A stretch of DNA of 64,000 nt from Dicentrarchus labrax (GCF_905237075.1 NW_026136706.1:24783935-24847934), one strand, 5' to 3'; positions 22,041 through 33,532 are shown, numbered from the stretch's first letter. The notes: generated by a model not told the origin, from the letters alone. Made by a program: numbers and translations.

Positions 22041-22469
22041 CTGCAAAAGGAGAGATAAAAAGACAACGTTAAGTTAAAACTCCTCGCGTGCGCTTTTTAA
22101 ACACCACCACCAGTTCATTGTACTTAACACACAAAAATCAGTTTTTAGATTAATTCTACCAAGCAAACTTTTGAAGGGGCCTTTGTGAAGCACATGCAGG
22201 AGGAACATAGTCTTCATCAATGACTTTACACATGAACTCATTACAGATGAGTGGTGCAGTGTGCATTGTCCTGCTTAAAAATAATAGGTGTGATGCCACA
22301 CAAGGACGTGTGATGCTAATTTAGGACTGGTCAAGCTATTAAGTGTTATTTATTTGTTTATTTTTCCAGCTGTCCATGCATTCAAATGAGCAGCTTGAGC
22401 TAGAAATGCATTTGTTGTCCTTCCAAAAGAGCAAATATGCAGCTGTGGTTTGTGTGTGAAGGCACAAAC

Positions 22470-22769
22470 CTGATCCTGTACAAAACCCATGTCTGGCATC
22501 CCAAAATGAGAATCCTCAGAAAGATCGTCATCCGCGTCACTCCACTCATCTACCCCTTCTTCACATTCGTCGTCTGATTCTTCTTCTTCGCTCAACCAAT
22601 TCCCACAACCATCCACCATTGTCGCATCCCAGTCTATATATTCCTCATAGTCCATATATTCCTCTTCACTATCTTGAGGAGAAATCCAGCTGACGTACGG
22701 AAGGAAGTCCACATCTTCCTCTGCGATCAGCTTGGGGATGTCAGTGAAGCCCTCTGTTTCTTCTGAATC
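22470..22769 (-). CDS. parp4: PARP4 exon 29: acidic segment (DSEETEGFTDIPKLIAEEDVDFLPYVSWISPQDSEEEYMDYEEY…GFVQDQ)
   Basis: Codon positions were calibrated against ORF 22350..22712(-). The human equivalent is FPDIPKVSELIAKEDVDFLPYMSW. The exon is 300 nt in phase 0. Donor GTTTGT. Confidence 0.8.
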
Positions 22770-23318
22770 CTAAAACAAGGTAGATGAGTTTGTTTTATTT
22801 AGGAGCTGCAAGGTTTCAGTGAGTCTGTTTAGCAATTAGTATCATAGTTAATTAGCCCTGAAACAGGACCCTGCTAGTTCCCAGCAACGTCCCATTTGCC
22901 TTTTTTTCAGCAGGGCGGTCAAGTTATGGGTCATCTCAACCCATCATAAGCCTAACTGAGCTCACTCCTGATTCCTAACCGCCCTAACAAAGACTACGAG
23001 CATCAGCCAATCAGAGTCAGATTAGGGTGGGTCATGTGCACTGGGCTGCCAGTGGCCGCTGGCTGTTTTAGAGAGTTGACTTCTGGTAGTGTAATGTTAA
23101 CCAGGGCCAGCTAAATGTTAGCAATGTGTCAGCAAACAGTTAAACAGCATACAGGGTTAGTAGCACTCAGCTGTTGAAAAATAATAATATATATCTGATC
23201 AATACTTGATATCGGCCAACATGCAAAGATCACATATCTTTGATATACGGAATTGGTATCAGTGAGGAAAAATAGTATCAGAAAGTCTCTAGATAACATA
23301 AATGAACATTACACAAAC

Positions 23319-23414
23319 CCTTTCCTCGATGGCCACAAAGCTGGTGAACTGAGACAGGATGGAGAACTCTTTGCTCAACTCGACGATGAAGTTCTTCAGC
23401 TCTGCTTTCTTCCC
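23319..23414 (-). CDS. parp4: PARP4 exon 28 (GKKAELKNFIVELSKEFSILSQFTSFVAIEER)
   Basis: Read from the reverse complement. The human equivalent is …LKSLIIKLSKENSLITQFTSFVAVEKR. Donor GTTTGT. Confidence 0.75.
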
Positions 23415-23516
23415 CTGGAAAAGCAAAAATCCACGTTACATGCGTGGAGCTCAGACTGGATGTCTAAACCGAGGCAGGTTGCTTTTGGTCTCAATCAATG
23501 ACACATGCAAACACAC

Positions 23517-23597
23517 CTCATGTTCGGCTTCACTGTTGTCCAGGCTTCCGTCTTCATAATCCCTGATGAGGGCCCTTGCTGTGAGCTTGTGAAGAAA
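23517..23597 (-). CDS. parp4: PARP4 exon 27 (FLHKLTARALIRDYEDGSLDNSEAEHE)
   Basis: Codon positions were calibrated against ORF 23451..23660(-). HKLAARALIRDYEDG is identical to human. Confidence 0.8.
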
Positions 23598-23727
23598 CTG
23601 AACACACACATCAGTAAACATTATGATCCTCTTCTTCATCAAATCAACAAACAGATTCATGTTGTGACATTTAACATGTACAGCAGGTACTGCTGTTACT
23701 GGTGAGTATGAATGTGTGTGTTCTTAC

Positions 23728-23808
23728 TGTGCCCCTGGTCTTCTGCAGCTCACTGGTTGACACCATGGTTTTGAGCTCCTGGCCACACAGGTTTCCAAGG
23801 AGGGTGGC
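23728..23808 (-). CDS. parp4: PARP4 exon 26 (ATLLGNLCGQELKTMVSTSELQKTRGT)
   Basis: Read from the reverse complement. The human equivalent is ATLCALIQEKEFRTMVSTTELQKTTGT. Donor GTAAGA. Confidence 0.75.
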
Positions 23809-24370
23809 CTGTATGAAGTTTAATCATTTGAGTCAATATGCCAATATTTAATGCTTTATACTTTTAAATCTTAAGATTTAGAAGCAAACAACTTTTTACT
23901 TTGTATTTGCTGTGCTATGTTACAAAAAGCTCCATACCAAATGCAAAAACTTGTAACACCTCTTACACTGGAACTATATCAGTTATTGTTGTCTGTACTG
24001 TTGCGTGTCATTTATTCTAGTTTGAACTGTGATCAGTAGCGGTTTTTGGGAAGGGGCGAAGTGGGCAGCCGCCCAGGGCAGCATTTTTTCATGACATATG
24101 GGGGGACGGCATGAGCACTTAAAAAAAATAAAAATCCTCTGCGCCGTGAAGTGGTTTTCTATTATCTATCTGTTCTATAATATCACTGTGTGGGGAATTG
24201 GCGCCCCTGCTTGCTGAGAAGCTGCCATGCACAGAAGCTGTGTGAGAAGGGGGAGGGGGGCAGGGAACAGTTCACCTCTGGGTCTCCCTCATGGAACGGG
24301 GAAAGTCAGTCACACCTCGACTTTCTTCCAAATAACGCACATTATATTCATTATATAATAAATACAGGCC

Positions 24371-25749
24371 TATAGTTCTATGGAGTTAGATTTGTGTCTT
24401 TATTACATGCGAGAAAATAAATGACCTGAGAGAAGAAAAAAATTTTCAGAGAAAAAAAAATCACACTGATAGCAAAAAATAATAATTTTTGAGACTAAAA
24501 AAAGTTGAAAGAAAGTATTTTCTCATAGAACATAAAAAATTTAAAATTATTTCTGAGAAAAAAAATCTCTTTTAAAAATATATTTTTTGCTATCAGTGTG
24601 AAAACATTTTCTCCCAAAAAAATGTGTTTCTCTCAAAACGTTTTCCTCTCTCTCTCAAAACCTAAGTCTTTGCTCCGATGCAGTTTCTTGCTCTGTGTCA
24701 GGATTTTGCTCTCACTGTGAAAATAATGTCATGGGCGGGGCCACGTTCCTATTGGCCAGTCGGGTGAGAATCATCTTGGGAGTCGAACTGAATCACTACA
24801 CCATCGTCGATTCACCGGCATAGACGCGCTGCCTTAGTTGAGCGCGGAGACTCCAATGTTTGGGTAAGATGATGACACACACAACTCGATGGGCAGCTAG
24901 CTGAGCAAGTTAATCAAAATCATTCCCATCATAGGAACGACTGTGTAGCCCCAACAGGTTAGAGAGTAACAGATCAGAGGTATTAAAGGATGTTTAACTG
25001 GTTAGAGAGTAACAGATCAGAGGTATTAAAGGATGTTTAACTGGTTAGAGAGTAACAGATCAGAGGTATTAAAGGATGTTTAACAGGTTAGAGAGTAACA
25101 GATCAGAGGTATTAAAGGATGTTTAACTGGTTAGTAATGTGGAGTTCAGCTCAGCTAACATCACTGAAGATTAAACATTAAACAGGCTATCCTAAATGGA
25201 AGCTAGTTTGCCATTACTGATGTGTTTGTCAGATTGTCATGGACAAAGAATAGCACTCATATTCATGAACGTGTATTATATTATTAGCATGCAAATCACT
25301 AGTAAAGCTAATCGCTATTTAGCCATCATGCTAGGTAAACTTGCAAACTCACCTGGTTTATACTCTTTTTAAATCAAATGCCAAATGAATATGTTGATTT
25401 AGATAGTTTCACTCCTTATTAGTGAGTAGTGAGCTAGTTTCTACCCCAAAAAGAATTTTGAGAGAGATTTTTTTTTAATTGTAAAAGATTTTTGTTTTAA
25501 TTGTAAAAAATTCAAATTTATATTTTTTTATGTTCTATGAGAAAATACTTTCTCTCAAAACTTTTTTTAGTCTCAAATATTATTATTTTTTGCTATTGGT
25601 ATGAAAACTTCTCTCAAATATTTTTTTTCTCTCATAAAATGCTTTTTTTCTATCAGTGTGATAACTTTCTCTCTCAAACATTTTTGTTTCTCTCAGATTA
25701 TTTATTTTCTTGCACGTAATAAAGACACAAATCTAACTCCATATAGTTC
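24371..25749. mobile_element. Foldback-type DNA transposon in a PARP4 intron. It is flanked by an 8-bp direct repeat TATAGTTC (24371-24378 and 25742-25749) and has inverted arms of about 300 bp (24379-24700 and 25440-25741) with internal TTCTCTCAAA subrepeats. The centre holds a 43-bp minisatellite; a hAT-like assignment is tentative.
   Basis: The arms are reverse complements of each other. The 8-bp target-site duplication is consistent with a hAT-like element. No transposase is encoded. Confidence 0.5.
24958..25131. repeat. 43-bp minisatellite x4 (GGTTAGAGAGTAACAGATCAGAGGTATTAAAGGATGTTTAACT)
   Basis: Four near-perfect tandem copies lie inside the foldback element. Confidence 0.85.
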
Positions 25750-26244
25750 CTTTGTTTTTCTGAGTTGTGTGAAATGGCTAACAAAAATAGGTAATACAAA
25801 ACGATGTGTTCACCAAGGTTCTCTAAGTTCTGATAACTTATACTGTCATATTTTGTGCAGAACTGTGTTCATTGTCTTTTGGCAATGTTGGAGGTGGAGA
25901 TTGTGCACCTTAAAATGTGTTTCCTGTTCCAAGTGCAGTAGTTCAATCCAATCGGGCGCTCGAAGGGGGTCTCATATATATATATATATACACATACTAT
26001 TGGTCAAAGAAAACTAGCAATCTGTAATGTAAATTTGAGGTCTTGGAAACTGGGATGAGCATTTTCACTAGTTTCTGATATTTTACAGATTAAAAAATTA
26101 AATCAAAAAAATAGACGAGCAATGGGAAGAAAGACCAATGGATTAATGATTAAAAAAATAACTATTAGCTGCACAGACTCACAAAAACATAAAGCAACAG
26201 TGCAGCTGAAAATTACTTTGCAATCATGTACATAAACTGCGTAC

Positions 26245-26415
26245 CTGAGTGCAGTGTGGCACAAAGCCGTAAACCAGGGTGTGACAGTCATTGAACAGAG
26301 CATGGAGCTGCTTGGGGGCTTGCACTGGAGGGGGGGCGGTCGGGTTGAACTGCTGCCACTTCACTGACACTGAACTGCAGCCAGGGGACGCCATACGCTT
26401 CACCTGACACGCCAC
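26245..26415 (-). CDS. parp4: PARP4 exon 25 (VACQVKRMASPGCSSVSVKWQQFNPTAPPPVQAPKQLHALFNDCHTLVYGFVPHCTQ)
   Basis: Codon positions were calibrated against ORF 26224..26484(-). SVSVKWQQ and LVYGF-PHCTQ are identical to human. Confidence 0.8.
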
Positions 26416-27389
26416 CTGCGGCCAAAACAGACAAAACATAGACAACAGATGAATGATATGACAGTGTTTAAGTGTATTTGTCACATAGAGATAATAAAGA
26501 TTCCCTTGGGAAATGTTTCAAGTCTTGCATTTTCCTGGATGAACTTTGCCAGCCAGTGTGACAACATAAAGATGCTTGCATGTTTCCATGGAGACAAAAA
26601 TTACTACAAACAAAGTAGGTAAGAACAAAAACAGACTAAACATGAATAGCTATGTATTTGGTCGTCTCTTTTCATCATCTTTTTATTGATCCTTTCAAAT
26701 AAAACTCCCAGAGTTGGGCATAAAACTCATAATGAAGTGAGACAACCTTACACCCCCATCCCTCATCGCCCACCCGTTTTGGTTATCTAGAATAAACTTA
26801 AGGCACAATGTTATAGCTAAGTTATAGCTATTTCCATGAAACCTGGTGTTATTTTCTGTGTGAAGAGTGGAGTTAGAATGCATGTCATACTATGTTATTT
26901 GGGTGTTATGAAAGTATGTCAAAAAGGTTCCTCGGGTCTTATAAAATTTGTTCTCACTGACTAAGAAGCGTGACATCTCCAATTTAAGGCAGAACATTAT
27001 GTCTCAAAGACACTGACTAAGTGTGGGCGGGGCAGCATCCTATCCAATTTGAACAAGACTGCGCCAAGAGTGAAGCAAAGGCAACCATGCAGTGCTCTGC
27101 GGAGGTCAGATGAGGGCTGTCTCCATCAGCAACACCAAACAGAGCTAAGAGGGAGCCTGGTTCTAAATTCTGCTTTAATATGTTGGATGGGTATTCTCTC
27201 TTGAATTCTTGTAAGGGCACAGCCAGTACATGTGGACAAGGGTAGCATTGTTGTCAAGGGGGGAAATGAAAACCACAAATTGTCACCAATCCTAAAAGCA
27301 GTTTAATGCTACTAATTGACACAATAATCGATGGCAGAAACATAAACTCCCAATATAATGCGTGATTAATTAAAGGTAGGCAGGCTCAC

Positions 27390-27489
27390 CTTCTCAACCC
27401 AGTTGTGTTTGGTTTTTGTGTCGAAGAATTCATAGGCTCCACCCCCTGCCTGAGCCAGGGCTCTCAGCATGTGCCGATTGGCTGTTGGG
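27390..27489 (-). CDS. parp4: PARP4 exon 24 (SPTANRHMLRALAQAGGGAYEFFDTKTKHNWVEK)
   Basis: Read from the reverse complement. The human equivalent is STANRHVLRILSQCGAGVFEYFNAKSKHSWRKQ. Donor GTGAGC. Confidence 0.75.
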
Positions 27490-27688
27490 CTGAAATGACG
27501 AATAAAAATAAATACAAAATAATTCTGCAATGAGAAGTAAGTAACTAACTGTGATGAGCATGGTAACTATTACTGTAAAAAAAATTGCAAAATAGAAATT
27601 CTTAACATTTTTCATAATTTGGGTGTTGGAGTGTGCCTTTAGCTGAGGAAATCAAAAGTCAATATCCCCCCCCCAAACCCATTCAGAC

Positions 27689-27876
27689 CTGAGGCCGCAG
27701 GTGAAGAGGCGGCTGTGCTGAGCGTTGTCTCTGAGCAGCTGCAAGGTGAACTCTGTGTTCTGGATGTGGCCGTCCGAGAGCAGCAGCAGGTTCCTGACTC
27801 CGCGGGACGGAGGCAGCAGGCTGAGAGCGCGCAGTGGCCGCCACAGCTCGGTGCTGCCCCCTACTGGAGGGTTGCG
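27689..27876 (-). CDS. parp4: PARP4 exon 23: VWA (RNPPVGGSTELWRPLRALSLLPPSRGVRNLLLLSDGHIQNTEFTLQLLRDNAQHSRLFTCGL)
   Basis: Codon positions were calibrated against ORF 27652..27900(-). The human equivalent is …RNILLVSDGHLQDESLTLQLVKRSRPHTRLFACGIG. Confidence 0.8.
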
Positions 27877-28723
27877 CTGATGGGGGGGGGAGAGGGTCAT
27901 GACTAAAGTTACATGGCCTCTACAATTATTATTGCTTTTAAACTAGCTTTTGGATGAACTGCCCACTCATACTGGGAGTGAAATTATGTTTACTAATAAA
28001 AAATATTTAATTTTTAAAATCTAATTTAGCATTCTTCCATATGTTGAAGAAATGAATCTTACATTGACAAGTCATTTTCATCATTGTTTCCTGTTTGTTA
28101 TTTAATAATTATGAAATGTGCTAATACACATATATAGTGATTTCATGGCTGCAAGCTCAGGTAGAAGTCATTTCAAACATTATTAACAGTATATCAACCA
28201 CAGTCTGACACTTCATGAAGATATTGAACTTTAGTATTTGGTTTGACCACCACTAACGGCCACTTGAGGGAAGACAATCTCCACAAGGCCCCACATTAAG
28301 ATGCCCAACTTGACAGCAGAAATAAGCATGTTTACACCCAGGTACAAAAAACCATTTCGGTCTCTGTACTTACATACCTCATTCACAACGACTATACAGG
28401 GTTTAACATATTAAACTCACCCATTTAAATTATATTAAAGCTTAAATAATTAAAGGCATGGCCACTTTGAGTGACAGGTGGGTGTTGTTACAGGTAGCTG
28501 GTTTCAGTAACCAGGCTTCATTCAGCCGGCCTCAGCTCCACCCACACTCCATATATTTGCCCATTTTGGATGAGAACTGACAAGATGGCAAAGAATATCT
28601 AAAGTCTATGGATTATTTATATTAATCAACAGAAATAATCACAGAAAACAAAGAATTTACAGAACAAATTTCCTTCAAAACCAGTTCCAGGTTGTTCTAC
28701 AGTATGAAAGAATCATAACTCAC

Positions 28724-28794
28724 CTTGATGAAGCTCTCGGCTGCCTGTTGAGCTTCAGCAAGCGGCTGTGCTGTCAGGAAAGCTTCTGTGTGAT
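28724..28794 (-). CDS. parp4: PARP4 exon 22 (DHTEAFLTAQPLAEAQQAAESFIK)
   Basis: Read from the reverse complement. Acceptor tgtcag and donor GTGAGT. The phase is consistent with the flanking exons (71 nt). Confidence 0.55.
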
Positions 28795-28999
28795 CTGACA
28801 GGCAAAAACACAGTAAAAGTGAGGAAAATGTCATACTGTAGTTATTTGTTACTTTTGCAAATATTCAGCAAGACGATAATAATTGAACAGGTAGAAACTA
28901 TGTAGTTCATTAAGAGGAAACTTTCATGAAACGAAAGTTGACTTCACATGTCTGTCTCTGTCTTTTTTATCTTATCTCACTACATACACAAAGACTGAC

Positions 29000-29189
29000 C
29001 TGTGCCAAAGAAAATGACATTGAGTCTGAGGTTGAGGTCGAGGGTTTTTAGGACCTGTAGGGCGATTCTCTGGGCCATGCGCAGAGACTCTCCCTTCATG
29101 GACTCAGACGTGTCGATCAACAGGACAACTTCGTCGGATGCTGAACTGGAGCTGGCGACAAAGTCTGGATAGAACACCAACATGCAGGC
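29000..29189 (-). CDS. parp4: PARP4 exon 21: VWA domain start with MIDAS motif DTSESM (ACMLVFYPDFVASSSSASDEVVLLIDTSESMKGESLRMAQRIALQVLKTLDLNLRLNVIFFGT)
   Basis: Codon positions were calibrated against ORF 28980..29183(-). Donor GTCAGT. Confidence 0.8.
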
Positions 29190-29246
29190 CTAGAGTGGGA
29201 GAGATGGTTAGAAAAAAGCCAGAGTGAGAGAGAGCGGACAACACAT

Positions 29247-29270
29247 AGACAGACAGACAGACAGACAGAC
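29247..29270. repeat. (AGAC)6 microsatellite; it reads (GTCT)n on the PARP4 strand and starts exactly at the exon 20 donor
   Basis: Direct read. Confidence 0.9.
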
Positions 29271-29408
29271 CTGGCTGTCCTTGTCAGGGTGTTTCTCCAC
29301 CCACATCCTGGGCAGGTGGACATCAGACAGAGTGATTGACAGCTGGAAACCTTCTGGACCCATGACCTTTCCTGGAAGCACGCTCACCACTGCCTTACAG
29401 TCTGTTCT
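29271..29408 (-). CDS. parp4: PARP4 exon 20 (RTDCKAVVSVLPGKVMGPEGFQLSITLSDVHLPRMWVEKHPDKDSQ)
   Basis: Codon positions were calibrated against ORF 29208..29447(-). LPRMWVEKHP is identical to human. The donor is followed directly by a (TGTC)n tract. Confidence 0.8.
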
Positions 29409-29844
29409 CTGTGGATCACAGGCAGAAAAGAGAAAAAGGATAAACACGATTCAATTCACTTCTATTGTGTTTATGAAATCATATAAGAGAGCAAGAGGAC
29501 AAGGTTTGCAATTAATCATCACTTTTCATTTATAGATTAATCAAACAGACATACATTTAATGACTCAACTTTTTAGTATGAAACAACATCAAAAGTAATG
29601 ACAAATCTGCATCATGGAATCCCATAACTCAATCTAATAACATAATAATAACAACTAATTCTCCACTGATAGATTTAATTTCAGCACTTAGTTGTGAGGC
29701 AGACAGTTGAAATCCACTGAAATACATTTACACATACATTTTGCCTAGACCTTCTTGTGTAGGATTCCTACACAGAGACAAAAGAAATAACTAACCATAA
29801 CCATAAATTATATGATTAATAAAATGTGAAAACACCCAAATTAC

Positions 29845-29926
29845 CTTCATCTTGACTTTGTGCGTGGTGCACTTCAGGCTGCTGATCTCATACGGCATCT
29901 CAATCGACATATCCAGGGTGAACTCT
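29845..29926 (-). CDS. parp4: PARP4 exon 19 (REFTLDMSIEMPYEISSLKCTTHKVKMK)
   Basis: Codon positions were calibrated against ORF 29791..29979(-). MSIEMPY is identical to human. Confidence 0.75.
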
Positions 29927-30129
29927 CTGAGGCACAGTACAAGTATTGAACACAGCCTGCTGCTGCACGCATTTAACACAAGTAGGACAACACACTATAT
30001 CTATCCAAATGTTCCACTTGATGAATGACAACTGATTAACAAAACTGTCATTGATTACTTATTTGTGGAACTAGTCAGGAAGTGATTCACCACACTAAAG
30101 ATGGAGTCAGATTTCTTATCATTGCTCAC

Positions 30130-30176
30130 CTTGTGCTTTCTGCCTCCTCAGTCACACACACCTTCTCCACAGTGAC
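30130..30176 (-). CDS. parp4: PARP4 exon 18 (VTVEKVCVTEEAEST; human TVEKICIKEIGTKQS)
   Basis: Read from the reverse complement. Acceptor cgacag and donor GTGAGC. Phase is 0 at the start and 2 at the end. Confidence 0.6.
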
Positions 30177-30499
30177 CTGTCGAGTAACGGAAGATGAAGA
30201 AAAACCTTAACAGTAATTTTACTTTCAATGCCGAGCCCCTCACATACAATGAGATCCAGTATCCTTGCCCTTCCTCTAAACTCCGTACAATCTAGCACTA
30301 GCCAAAACAGAAAGACATAAGCCTGAAGCAGCAAAACAAACCAATAAAAAAACAAAAACAAACCAGCAACACTTAGTTTTATTTCTCCAGTGATGAATGT
30401 AGAATAGCAGATTTTGCTCTCTGATTTTCTACTTCCTGTTGTGCCTGTTTTTAATACTTTGAGGTTGGATTGTTAGATAGGCCTCGTGTCCGGTCTTAC

Positions 30500-30664
30500 T
30501 TGTGTGGTCTGGTTGAGCGCTGCACTCTCCTGCCACGGAGCCACACTCCCAGGCAGGGAGAAGAGAATACTCCCGTCCCTGACAATCAGCTCAGACACAA
30601 AGGTAACTTTAATGAGGACAGTGGCGCCGGGAGGCAGATTGCCCACGCTGATGGTGAACACATC
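30500..30664 (-). CDS. parp4: PARP4 exon 17: VIT domain (DVFTISVGNLPPGATVLIKVTFVSELIVRDGSILFSLPGSVAPWQESAALNQTTQ)
   Basis: Codon positions were calibrated against ORF 30473..30679(-). Donor GTAAGA. Confidence 0.8.
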
Positions 30665-30946
30665 CTGCAGTGAGCACATAAATCACATCACATATATTAT
30701 CATTACATTATCGAGGACAGTCCTGTGTTTCTATGTATAAAAACACTCCGGAAGCAGCGGCTCCCACTTTGCAACGCTGTACTTTTATGTATCCATTTAA
30801 TGAGTTCATGAAGTTTATGAGATGCTGTGAAAAGAAGCTAGAAAATATTCAGATATACTGACTGATCAGTCTAATATTTCAGAATCAGAGATTGCCGGGC
30901 TTATCGTGATGATATGTGTTTGGGTTAGTGCAGAGGGTGGACATAC

Positions 30947-31033
30947 GGGGGCGTCCTGGTCCATGAGGTAGGCTCCATGGCCTCTCTCAATAGCCTGCTT
31001 GTACTCCTTGCGAGCCTTCTCTTTCTCCTTCAC
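30947..31033 (-). CDS. parp4: PARP4 exon 16 (VKEKEKARKEYKQAIERGHGAYLMDQDAP)
   Basis: Read from the reverse complement. GHGAYLM is conserved. Donor GTATGT. Confidence 0.75.
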
Positions 31034-31287
31034 CTGACATCCAAACAGACACGAAACACAAGGTTACATTGTTTTTAATAATAATCCATCATGAGTGATG
31101 TACTCATGGGTGAGGTTTGCTGCCTGCCATTATACAATAACCTGAAAATGTATTCACTGAACAGTCAGTTAGAAAAAAGCATTTGCTAGAAATAATATCG
31201 TAAAGAAATAAGACAGTAGATATTAAAGACATACAGTAATTGGGGGGAAACTAAAAATCTGTGATAAGAAAAGTTGAGTCAGGTTAC

Positions 31288-31419
31288 CTGTCCCACCACA
31301 TGTTTCCCATTGATGAAAGCTTCAAATCCACACACTGCTGCAGAATCATCCAACGGGAAGACATACTTTGCCTCAATGGGGACAGAGCTCAGATTGGTGT
31401 ATTTCTGGAAAATGATGAC
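31288..31419 (-). CDS. parp4: PARP4 exon 15: VIT domain N-terminus (VIIFQKYTNLSSVPIEAKYVFPLDDSAAVCGFEAFINGKHVVGQ)
   Basis: Read from the reverse complement. The stretch is nearly identical to human VIVFQTYTNKSHVPIEAKYIFPLDDKAAVCGFEAFINGKHIVGE. Donor GTAACC. Confidence 0.8.
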
Positions 31420-31534
31420 CTAAAAGAGGATCGAGGACAGACACATACTGTTAAAAAAGAAATTGAATGGATTTTAGGAAGCTGAAATCAAATCAACCAG
31501 CAGATCACAGAGCTGTTATCACAGCAAAGAGAAC

Positions 31535-31677
31535 CTGAGAGAGCAGATCCATCAGTTTGCACTTCACGTGTACGGCCTGCAGAGGGAGCTGCTGACCCGA
31601 GCTGTCCAACAGACCAGCCGTCACATCCTCCAGTGGGTTTTTAATACTTTCAACCCCGTTGTCCTCCGAACCGAGCC
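31535..31677 (-). CDS. parp4: PARP4 exon 14 (GLGSEDNGVESIKNPLEDVTAGLLDSSGQQLPLQAVHVKCKLMDLLSQ)
   Basis: Codon positions were calibrated against ORF 31505..31759(-). The 3' splice site is tgtgtgtag|GG, directly preceded by a (TG)~40 tract. Confidence 0.7.

Positions 31678-31678
<1 letters not shown>

Positions 31679-31760
<82 letters not shown>
31679..31760. repeat. (CA)~40 microsatellite; it reads (TG)n on the PARP4 strand and abuts the 3' splice site of exon 14
   Basis: Direct read. Confidence 0.95.
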
Positions 31761-31761
<1 letters not shown>

Positions 31762-33028
31762 GAATATGCTAACTTCAAGGTATTTAATGAATGTGAAAAT
31801 AAAACCAGAGTCTGTATTACTCAAGTAATTCTCACTGATAAAAAAATAATATTGCCATGAAAATGTTTTTTTAAGTGACCTCAAGACTCAAAACACTACC
31901 TGAACCGTCAGTACATTGTATTCCATTACTACTCTGGGTCTTAACACACTTTCATAGTTTTTATGTATTTATGTATGTTGTGTTAATTACAGGATGTATG
32001 TATTCTTTAGCCTCCATGTTTCAAAGCAGGGTCACACAAGCGCACAATTAACACAATCGCTACCGGTGGCAGAGCAAATACATCGTGTGGAGTTCAACTT
32101 TTTCATCTTGTCACTTGCATGAGTTTGCATGTGACCGTGCCCTTATACTGTATAAAGCAGTCACGCATGGAATCAGCAAAGTTTATCATCTTGTATTGAT
32201 CCACATCCTTTAAGACCTCTGCTTTATATACATTACAACATTTTGCACTCATTCTACCAAAGATTCTCTAGAACAGACAGGAGCAGTACAAGCTATGCCA
32301 CAGAATTAAAACAGAAAAAAATCTACTCCACGTATATTATAAACCTTTAAACTCGAGGAAAATGGTTGAGAAATGTAAACATTATAGTTTATTTCCCACA
32401 TCAGAGTGAGCGTGGGTCCAGTTTTGGACGGACTCAGAACCTGCTGTTAGTCTGCTAAAGGGGAGGGGCAGCGGCTAAACTGTGACACAGATACAGGAAA
32501 TGACTCTTGAGTGAACTGTCCTCTTTATAAATCATCTCTGCTTCTACATGGAAATGTGATGATTACAATGACTTGCAGTGATGTCATGGTGAAGACACAA
32601 CGACATCTGCTGATGATAAGTCAACTGCAAAATGTGTTTAAAAATATGGGACTGCCCCAAGGAAGAATCTGCAATGCCTTCAAAATGTGTTGGCAAAATC
32701 AGTGCAGAAACATGTCTTGTTTGCACTTAATTTGTACATTTCAGGGGTTCACTGTGCCATATTAGGTCTGGCACATCCAGGCTTAGATATATTTTTAGCC
32801 ACAGATAGCCAAACCTTGATCCTTTCAAATGTTATAACACAATATAGATTCTGTGTCCACTCGTCCAATCAGAACTGTCCTCTCATCAGAATTTTCATGT
32901 ATGTTATCCTTAACTGCAAAGAAAACATGACAACCGGCACAAACAATGTGGTGTGTAACAATATCCGATCTTAATGTTATTTACACTGATAACTCTTAGC
33001 AGATATTTTGCAGGTATCCACTGCTCAC

Positions 33029-33170
33029 CTTGGTCAGAGGAGGGCAGACACGGCTCAGCTGAGGTGGTGATGGCAGGGCTGAACTCCTTCAGCTCGTCTC
33101 CCTCGATACTGAACTGAACCACATACTTCAGTTTCACCTGGTCAGGGCTGTACACCACATACTCATCATC
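33029..33170 (-). CDS. parp4: PARP4 exon 13 (DDEYVVYSPDQVKLKYVVQFSIEGDELKEFSPAITTSAEPCLPSSDQ)
   Basis: Codon positions were calibrated against ORF 32910..33158(-). The human equivalent is DDEFVVYKTNQVKMKYIIKFSMPGD. Donor GTGAGC. Confidence 0.8.
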
Positions 33171-33532
33171 CTAGAACATATGGTTATACTTGTTAGAGTG
33201 CACACAGAGGATACTTACACACAAGACAGTTTTTACAAGCAGTCTTTAGTAACTTAGATATGAAAACAAATCAGTAAAGCCATTCATTGTTCATTTCACT
33301 CAGCATGTTAAATTTGTTCTGATGAACTACATTATATTAACAATAATAGCCTATAGTAGACATATTGGTATTGTGTATATATAATTATAACCACTGATTT
33401 GCAGGTGATCCGAATCAGAATTGAAAATCTTTACGCGTGTCCCATGTTAGGAATGAGAGTCAGACTCAGTTGAGGGGTAAATGCATCTGTGTATTTGTCT
33501 TTCTATCTACACTGACACACAAACACTCCCAC

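Noticed and set aside
23300-31420. I first read the VIT-plus-VWA exons (MIDAS DTSESM, VPIEAKYVFPLDD) as a separate VWA5A- or ITIH-like gene
   Set aside because: Collinear BRCT and PARP-catalytic exons upstream and the vault-interaction C-terminus downstream, all on the same strand with consistent splice phases, show these are internal domains of PARP4.
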